Shown in pieces: positions 58,045-64,000 of a stretch of 64,000 nucleotides of DNA. Both the position numbers and the translations under genes were made by a program. The notes beneath the pieces are model-generated. The model saw only the letters and a list, made by a program, of their open reading frames with translations. It did not search any database and was not told where the DNA came from. This DNA comes from an uncultured bacterium (GTDB lineage Bacteria > Eisenbacteria > RBG-16-71-46): the NCBI GenBank assembly GCA_964434945.1, contig CAYSWZ010000037.1:13049-77048 (forward strand), written 5' to 3'. Every line of letters begins with the position of its first letter. Position 1 is the first letter of the stretch.

Positions 58045-58734
58045 CTAACGGTAGTGCACCTTCACGGCGCCCCAGGTGGTGTTGCGCGTCGGGGTGGACT
58101 TGCAGCAGTGGTCGTCGCTGTCGAACGTCGCCGACGCGAGGATCACTTCGTCCCCGTTCCGGAGGATCAGGTGGAGCGCGTCGTGCTCGACGTCGTCGTC
58201 ATCGCAACCGGCGTGGGAGCCGCGCCGGACCTCGTTCAGGATCAGCGTCGCCTGGCCCGGGAGGATGAAGGTCTGGTTCTCCTGGCCGGTGACCACCACG
58301 CGGCGACCACCGAACGTGAGGCCCGCGATCACCGACTGCAGATCATGGGGGCCGGGCGGCTTGCAGCACGCATCGTCCTCGTCGGACTCGATGTGCGTCC
58401 ACCTGACCTCGGCGCGTGTGCCCTTCAGGAGCCAACCCGAGCCGAGCTGGGTGTGGGTGTGTCCCTTGCAGTGGTCGCCGTGCGACTCGCTCTCCACGGA
58501 GTCGATGTGCAGCACGTCGCCGTAGGAGAGGCCGCCGCTCGCGCTCGAGCGCGACCCGCCGGAGAGAAGGCTCATCCGGCCGCTGTCGCCGTGCGTCATG
58601 GAAGCGAGCCCGAAGCTCGAGAGGTTGGCGTAGCAACCGAGCGCCCGCCCGATCACGTCGGCCGACGCGGGAGGACTCGCGGTCACCAGCAGGAGAACGA
58701 CAACGGCATGGCACAGCCCAGGGCGACGATGCAT
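58045..58734 (-). CDS. Secreted choice-of-anchor-P-like protein ending in TTWGAVKVHYR
   Basis: SD GGAGG, signal peptide (ASA/D), segment LTFGGRRVVV...NQTFILPG...LILNE...DALHL...VILASA resembling choice-of-anchor P. Confidence 0.65.
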   Translation of the reverse strand: MHRRPGLCHAVVVLLLVTASPPASADVIGRALGCYANLSSFGLASMTHGDSGRMSLLSGGSRSSASGGLSYGDVLHIDSVESESHGDHCKGHTHTQLGSGWLLKGTRAEVRWTHIESDEDDACCKPPGPHDLQSVIAGLTFGGRRVVVTGQENQTFILPGQATLILNEVRRGSHAGCDDDDVEHDALHLILRNGDEVILASATFDSDDHCCKSTPTRNTTWGAVKVHYR

Positions 58735-59017
58735 GACGACCTCCGTGGCGAGCGGCAAGGGGGGGAATTCGCACCGCCCGGATGTTGTTCTCGTCCCGAC
58801 ACTTGAACCGGGAGCGCGACTGCGCTCACGCTGGGCGTGCGGGCGAGGCTTCTGTCACCCCGTGGGGGAGGGCGCGTGGAATTCTGCCCATTTCCCGCGG
58901 CCGGAACAAGCCCCATCTCCTGATATCAAAGGATTATTGCCGCTCCCGCCGCTCGGGGCCGTGGAGCGAACGCTCCCGGCAGCACCCGGGCCCTTCCCGT
59001 GCCGGGAATGGCGAGGA

Positions 59018-59043
59018 AGCCCCGGGGGTGGTCCCCCGGGGCT
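59018..59043. terminator. Strong hairpin downstream of the metalloprotease gene (probable terminator)
   Basis: AGCCCCGGGGG-TGGT-CCCCCGGGGCT: perfect 11-bp stem, but only a weak U tract. Confidence 0.45.
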
Positions 59044-59083
59044 CCGCGCGCTCCTGCCGGGTTGTGCTCGACCCCGGCCGTGA

Positions 59084-61834
59084 CTAGGGCGTCACCGCGC
59101 CTCCCGGCGGCCCTCCCGGGCGCCCGGCGGCGGCCGCGTCGGTCTGGCGCCCGGCGTCGAGCGCCCGCTTGATGCGAGCGCGCGTCTCGAGCAGGTGCGC
59201 TCGCGTGTCGTCCCCCATCGGCGTCGCGGCCGCGAGCGCGCGGGCACAGCGGGAATCCACCCGCGTCAGCGTCAGGCGCGCGAGTGCGCGGGCATCGTCC
59301 GGGGCGGCCGGCGGAGGGTCGGCGACCAGGTTCGCCATCCGGTCCACGAACGCCCGCTGCAGTTCCCGGCGCGTGTGCGGCCCCTCGAGCGATTTGATCC
59401 CCGCCGGGTTCGCGCTCCCCACCTCGCCCCAGATCGCCTTCGTCAGCCGGTCGAAGTGCTCGGCGAGCTTGTAGCTGTCGGCCGAGCGCGACTCCTGCTC
59501 GCGCAGCCGGGCGAGGAGCGGGCCCGAGGTGACCCCGTTCAGGAGCACGGTCTGGATCGCGAGCACCCGGTCGTTCCACGCGTAGTCCTGTCGCCCGGCG
59601 AACGTGCCACCCGGGCCCATGCCCCAGTGCGACCAGCGATTGGGCGCCATGCGCTCGAGCAGCTTGCCCGGGGCGCTCATGGCGTCGGCCGCCCACACCC
59701 GCTGGGCGAGGAAGTCCACCGCCTCGCGCTGCTTCGCCGCGGGCACCGGGTCCACCGGGTTCTTCTCGCCCGGCTGGCCGCGTTCCACGCGCGACATGTA
59801 CGAGCCGCCCACGTACTTGACGGCCATGCCGGCGGCGATCGCGTACTGCTGTGCCATCGTGTCCATCGCCCGGCGCAGCGCGGTCAGGTCGCCCGACTTG
59901 CCCACGATGCGCTCCTCGAAGCCCGGCTCGCGCCACAGCTTCGCCAGGTACGCCGTCCGATCCTTCGCGAACTGCAGCGGGTCGCTGCCGAGATCGTAGA
60001 TGTTCGAGCGCGGGTCCGGCGCGTCGCTCGGATACGTATCCTCGTCCGTCGAGTACTCGTGGCCGGGGGCGAGCGACTCGTCCGCGATCTTCCGGGCGAA
60101 GGCGTAGTCCGCATCCGGGGTCGCGGCGCCGCTCGGCGTGTAGCCGTAGCGGATCGCCCACAGGTCGCACGTCCCGGGCGTGGTCGTGTACCAGTCGCCC
60201 TGCTTCTGGTGCCCGTAGTCGAAGTTCGGGGTCGGGTAGTCCATGACCGACGAGTAGAGCCCGTGCGTCGAGGTGAAGCTCGCATCCTGGAGCTGGTCGT
60301 AGGGCGTGCTGGTGCTCGAGCGGAAGTTGTGACGCAGGCCGAGCGCGTGCCCGACCTCGTGCATCACCGCCCACTCCACCGCGGTCTTGAGGAACGCGTC
60401 GGGCACCGGGCTGCCGGGCTCGAGCGTGCCCCCCATCAGGAGCGCGATGTGCTGCATCGCGCCTGCGGAGGCCAGAGCGTCACCCGCCATGCACAGGCGG
60501 TCGAGCCTCGTTCCCGGGGGCAGGCCCTCGAGCGCGAACTCGGGCAACGCGCTCTTCGCGATGGCCTCGGGTCCTGCGAACCGCCGGTAGGCGTTCGAGT
60601 AGTTCTGGAAGATGCTCGCCTCGAACAGGATGTCCGAGTCGAAGATCTCGCCCGTGCGCGGGTCCACGCGGGAGGGTCCGATCGCGCCGAAGCTCGGCTC
60701 GTTCGAGGTGATCCAGCGGATCGTGCTGTAGCGGACGTCCTCCGGATCCCAGTCGGGATCGTCCCTGGGGGGGTCCTTCGCGAGGATGGCGTTCTTGAAG
60801 CCGGCGGCTTCGAACGCCTTCTGCCACTTCTCGATCCCCTCCTTCACCCAGGGCCGGAACTTGTCCGGCACCGTCCAGTCCACGTAGTACACGATCGGCT
60901 TGACCGGCTCCGACACCGCGGCGGACGGGTCCTTCTTCTCCAGCCGCCAGCGGTGGATCCCGCGCAGCCAGAAGCTCTCCTTGTCGTCGCGGCCGAAGTC
61001 CTTGGTCGCGTCGAGGAAATAGCCGACCCGGTTGTCCGCGTAGCGCACCGGCATCGGCGTCGCCGGCAGGCGGGTGAACGAGTAGTGCACGCCGATCGGG
61101 ATGTAGCGGTTGTCCGGGACCGCGTCGAGGGACAGGTGCGAGCGGTCGAGCGGCGAAAACGTGAGCGTGGCCTCGAGCTCGGTGTTGTCGGGGAACGTCT
61201 TCAAGCTCCCGAGCACCGAGCGCTCCTTGTCGAAGCGCACCGCGACGTTGCCGAATGCGCCCTTCAGGCTCTCGGTGAGGTCGGTGACGTCGGACAGCAG
61301 CAGCGCGCCGAGGTCGATGAGCACCGCCTTCGAGGAATCCTGTTCGCTCTCGATCTTGAACGCCTGCACGATGGAATTCGGGATCGACAACTCGCGCGCC
61401 TTGTCGATGGGAGAGCCCTTGGGCGCCGTGAACTGCGTGTTCACCTGCACCAGCAGGATGCGGTCGCCGTGGCGCTCCCACTGCAGCATGCGGTCGTCGA
61501 TCGGCAGACCGCCGAGCGTGAAGTTGGAGCCGATGCCGCGCGCCATGCTGACGACGTAGAGGAACGGCTGGTCCAGCTGGGCCTTGCCGAGCTCGAGATA
61601 GAGGTTGTCGCGCTTCTTCCACAGCGTGAAGAAGCCCTTCTTCTGCTCGGCATCCTTGGTGAGCTTGGACCACTCGGCGAACGGCTTCTCGGGGGCGCCC
61701 GCGGCGGCGGACGCGGCACCGCCGGCCGGGGCACTCGACTTGCCCTTGCCCTTCTTGTCGGCGGCGCTCGGTGTGGCGGCCAGCGCAAGGAGCAGCAGGC
61801 TCGCGAGCAGCCGATTCGGGACTCGGAATCGCAT
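59084..61834 (-). CDS. Secreted zinc-dependent metalloprotease (DUF5117/DUF4953-type metzincin)
   Basis: Signal peptide, RYADNRVGYF, RWRLEKKD, KPIVYY, WQKAFEAAGF, HEVGHALGLRHNF, Met-turn SSVMDY. Confidence 0.88.
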   Translation of the reverse strand: MRFRVPNRLLASLLLLALAATPSAADKKGKGKSSAPAGGAASAAAGAPEKPFAEWSKLTKDAEQKKGFFTLWKKRDNLYLELGKAQLDQPFLYVVSMARGIGSNFTLGGLPIDDRMLQWERHGDRILLVQVNTQFTAPKGSPIDKARELSIPNSIVQAFKIESEQDSSKAVLIDLGALLLSDVTDLTESLKGAFGNVAVRFDKERSVLGSLKTFPDNTELEATLTFSPLDRSHLSLDAVPDNRYIPIGVHYSFTRLPATPMPVRYADNRVGYFLDATKDFGRDDKESFWLRGIHRWRLEKKDPSAAVSEPVKPIVYYVDWTVPDKFRPWVKEGIEKWQKAFEAAGFKNAILAKDPPRDDPDWDPEDVRYSTIRWITSNEPSFGAIGPSRVDPRTGEIFDSDILFEASIFQNYSNAYRRFAGPEAIAKSALPEFALEGLPPGTRLDRLCMAGDALASAGAMQHIALLMGGTLEPGSPVPDAFLKTAVEWAVMHEVGHALGLRHNFRSSTSTPYDQLQDASFTSTHGLYSSVMDYPTPNFDYGHQKQGDWYTTTPGTCDLWAIRYGYTPSGAATPDADYAFARKIADESLAPGHEYSTDEDTYPSDAPDPRSNIYDLGSDPLQFAKDRTAYLAKLWREPGFEERIVGKSGDLTALRRAMDTMAQQYAIAAGMAVKYVGGSYMSRVERGQPGEKNPVDPVPAAKQREAVDFLAQRVWAADAMSAPGKLLERMAPNRWSHWGMGPGGTFAGRQDYAWNDRVLAIQTVLLNGVTSGPLLARLREQESRSADSYKLAEHFDRLTKAIWGEVGSANPAGIKSLEGPHTRRELQRAFVDRMANLVADPPPAAPDDARALARLTLTRVDSRCARALAAATPMGDDTRAHLLETRARIKRALDAGRQTDAAAAGRPGGPPGGAVTP

Positions 61835-62089
61835 GGGGAGAACTCCTCGGCGCGGCGGGAAGCGTCCCGCCGCAGGATGACGGCGCGCCGCGGGCCCGGG
61901 GACGGGATGCGCGGCGGGGGACAGGCGCGCGCGACCGCGCGCCGATGCGACCGGACACGCTAGGGGAGTGTCGGGGTGCGCCCAATGCGGCCGAGACCGG
62001 CGCGGCAATCACCCGGACCGGCGCTCGCCCCGCTCCGCGAGCGCGGCGCGGCGAGCGGCCGGCCCGCTGGCCCGGTTGCGATCCCGCGA

Positions 62090-62590
62090 CTACCCGAGTT
62101 CCAGCCTGTTCGGGCGCTTCATCCGGTAGACCCGGCTCGGCCTGCCGTCGAACTCGCCTTCGAACTCGAGTTGCATCCCGAGCCGCTCGAGCACGCGGCA
62201 CGACGCGGGATTGTCGGGGTCGGTCACCGCCCAGGCGCCCGTGATCTCCGGCGAAGCGGCGAAGAGCCGCGACAGCACCGCCCGTCCCGCCTCGGTGGCG
62301 AGGCCCCTGCCGCGTGCCTCCGGCACCAGGCCGTAGTAAAGCTCCGGCTCGCGCGCGGACTCGCGCGGGCGGACTCCAAAGTAGCCGACGGGCCCGCTCC
62401 GGTCGTGCAGCATCCAGAGCCCGAAGCCGTGCGCCGCGAACTGTTCCGCGTTCCGCTCGACGAGCGCGCGCACACGCGCGTCGCGCGCGGGGTCGGGTGG
62501 CCCGTCGGCGCGCATCGCGAGAAGTGCCGGGAGGTCGTGGTCCGCGGCCGGCGTCAGCGTCAGCCGGCCGCTCGTGAGCGCACCGGTCAC
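62090..62590 (-). CDS. GNAT family N-acetyltransferase (RimJ/RimL-like)
   Basis: RLTLTP, GFGLW, PELYYGL...RGRGLATEA, NPASCRVLERLGM. GTGA-coupled to the upstream gene. Confidence 0.88.
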   Translation of the reverse strand: MTGALTSGRLTLTPAADHDLPALLAMRADGPPDPARDARVRALVERNAEQFAAHGFGLWMLHDRSGPVGYFGVRPRESAREPELYYGLVPEARGRGLATEAGRAVLSRLFAASPEITGAWAVTDPDNPASCRVLERLGMQLEFEGEFDGRPSRVYRMKRPNRLELG

Positions 62591-63954
62591 GGCTCGCGAT
62601 GCCGCTGGGCCGTGAGCAGTGCGAGGCCGATCCGCCGGGCGCGCGCGCGCCACAGCACGTCGCTCACCCCGACGCCCGCATAGAGCACGACGAGCGGCTC
62701 CACGGGCACGCGCAGGCGGAGCGCTCCCCAGTAGAGGACGGCGCCCAGGCTGAAGGCGGCCAGCACCCAGAGTGGCAGGAGCTGGAAGTAGCGCCGCGAG
62801 CCGCGCAGCGTTCGCACGAGGCCCCACGCCGCGAGCGGGAAGAGGCCGAGCGACCAGAGCAGCAGCGGGTCGACGGCGGCGAGCGCGCGGGCCAGCCACG
62901 AGCGCCCGGTGAACCACCGTCCGGTGGAAGGAGTCGCGGAGTTCCACCTCCAGAAGCGTGCGAGCTTGGCGAGGGCCATGCGCGGCCAGTCCCCGACGTG
63001 CGAGCCGAGAAACGCGACCGCCTCTCGCCCCGCGCGCCGGTCCACCTCCACCTCGGAGAGCCCGCGGAAGCGGGTCGCCCACGGCTCGGTGGTGAGGATG
63101 CCGGTGGCGCCGCCGCGCAGGTCCGGATCGTTCCAGACCACGGCGTTGTTGGCATCGAGGAGCGAGCGCCCCCCGCCGGTGGTGATGGGAACGAACGCGT
63201 GCAGGCTCACGGCATTGCGGAGCGTCCACGGCAGCACCACGAGCCCCACGCCGGTGAGCAGCAACCCCACCTGGCGCAGCCGCTCGCGCGGGGCGAGCAG
63301 CAACCCGAGCGGGATCCAGGCCCAGAACGTGACCACGAGCGGCAGCGGCAATGCCGTGGGCCGGGTGAGCGCCGCGGCGCCCCACACGAGGCCGGCGCCG
63401 AGCGCGCGGCCGGCCCGCGGCTGCTTCAGCCAGGACACGCTCGCGAGGAGAGACGCGAGGAGCATCACCGAGAACAAGGGCTCGGTGAGCACGTAGCCCG
63501 AGAAGAAGACGAGGAGGGGATGCACGACCGCGATCCAGCCCGCGGTCCGGCCGACCATCGCCCCGAACATCATCGTTCCGAGCTGGCGGAGGAGCGGAGG
63601 GACGAGCGCGCCGAACACGCACATGAGCAGGACCGCCGCGACCGGCGAGTGCCCGACGACGCGATAGAGCATGCTGAGCGCGAACGGCAGCCCGGGCGGC
63701 ACGAACGCGGTGGGATAGGACCCGCCCGAGCCGACGAGCCGGAATCCCATGCCGCGGGCGAGGTTCCATGCCACCGTGTCGTAGGTGACGGAGTCGGACG
63801 ACGGGGCCGCCCGCGGGCCGTAGATCACCCACGCGTACCCGACCCGCAGCACGAGTGCCGCCGCGAACATCGCGAGCGCCTCGCCCGATGGTGTGGGGAA
63901 GCGGCGAAGGGCCGGTGTGCGGCGGGGTGGTCGGTCGTCGGCGCGCTGCACCAT
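62587..63954 (-). CDS. ArnT/PMT-like (GT-C) integral membrane glycosyltransferase
   Basis: SDSVTYD (DxxxY), PPGLP, LTEPLF, ALTRP, PWTLRN, many TM helices. Confidence 0.8.
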   Translation of the reverse strand: MVQRADDRPPRRTPALRRFPTPSGEALAMFAAALVLRVGYAWVIYGPRAAPSSDSVTYDTVAWNLARGMGFRLVGSGGSYPTAFVPPGLPFALSMLYRVVGHSPVAAVLLMCVFGALVPPLLRQLGTMMFGAMVGRTAGWIAVVHPLLVFFSGYVLTEPLFSVMLLASLLASVSWLKQPRAGRALGAGLVWGAAALTRPTALPLPLVVTFWAWIPLGLLLAPRERLRQVGLLLTGVGLVVLPWTLRNAVSLHAFVPITTGGGRSLLDANNAVVWNDPDLRGGATGILTTEPWATRFRGLSEVEVDRRAGREAVAFLGSHVGDWPRMALAKLARFWRWNSATPSTGRWFTGRSWLARALAAVDPLLLWSLGLFPLAAWGLVRTLRGSRRYFQLLPLWVLAAFSLGAVLYWGALRLRVPVEPLVVLYAGVGVSDVLWRARARRIGLALLTAQRHREP

Positions 63955-64000
63955 GGGCCAATCGTAGCAGGTGGCGCGGGCCGCAATCGTCAGGGAATCC

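Noticed and set aside
59195-61963. Very long shadow ORFs (also 51100-53793, 27391-30312, 33328-36057, 30694-32769, 38271-40766)
   Set aside because: Arg/Ala/Gly/Pro-rich translations overlapping well-supported genes. Expected in very GC-rich DNA, where stops are scarce.

Overview
Very GC-rich bacterial chromosomal DNA, densely coding and mostly on the + strand. It comes from a diderm: the window has a tol-pal-cpoB operon, an Omp85 barrel, a PorV/FadL-like barrel and a protein with a T9SS-type C-terminal domain. Gene content (T9SS-like signals, bshC/B1/A, DUF5117-type metzincin, a TWGxxKxxYR C-terminus) suggests an FCB-related candidate lineage such as Eisenbacteria or Krumholzibacteria; this is inference and was not tested. 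I found no rRNA, tRNA, CRISPR array, integrase or transposase. Main blocks: tolQRAB-pal-cpoB-omp85 followed by small metabolic genes; glycan-modification genes (GT2, asnB-like, GT4, nucleotide-sugar dehydrogenase); hsp20-dnaK, each preceded by a sigma54-type -24/-12 element; uppP/murJ; the bacillithiol operon bshC-bshB1-bshA followed by DUF1611, an enolase-family epimerase, a histidine kinase, rsgA, thrC, nfeD and an SPFH gene; a 14-repeat FG-GAP protein; oxidative pentose-phosphate genes; an ABC/FtsX, lipocalin-like, lipoprotein and GH113 run; and a minus-strand block of secreted and membrane proteins. Best candidates for something undescribed: (1) a translational relay in the bacillithiol operon, made of a Cys-rich 22-codon uORF coupled to bshC plus three stop/start-coupled mini-ORFs on an exact 26-nt period bridging bshC to bshB1; (2) a C-terminal TTWGAVKVHYR motif sitting in the anchor position of a choice-of-anchor-P-like secreted protein, a candidate new sorting signal; (3) a gamma-carbonic-anhydrase/DinB (thiol-transferase-like) fusion in a bacillithiol-encoding genome.
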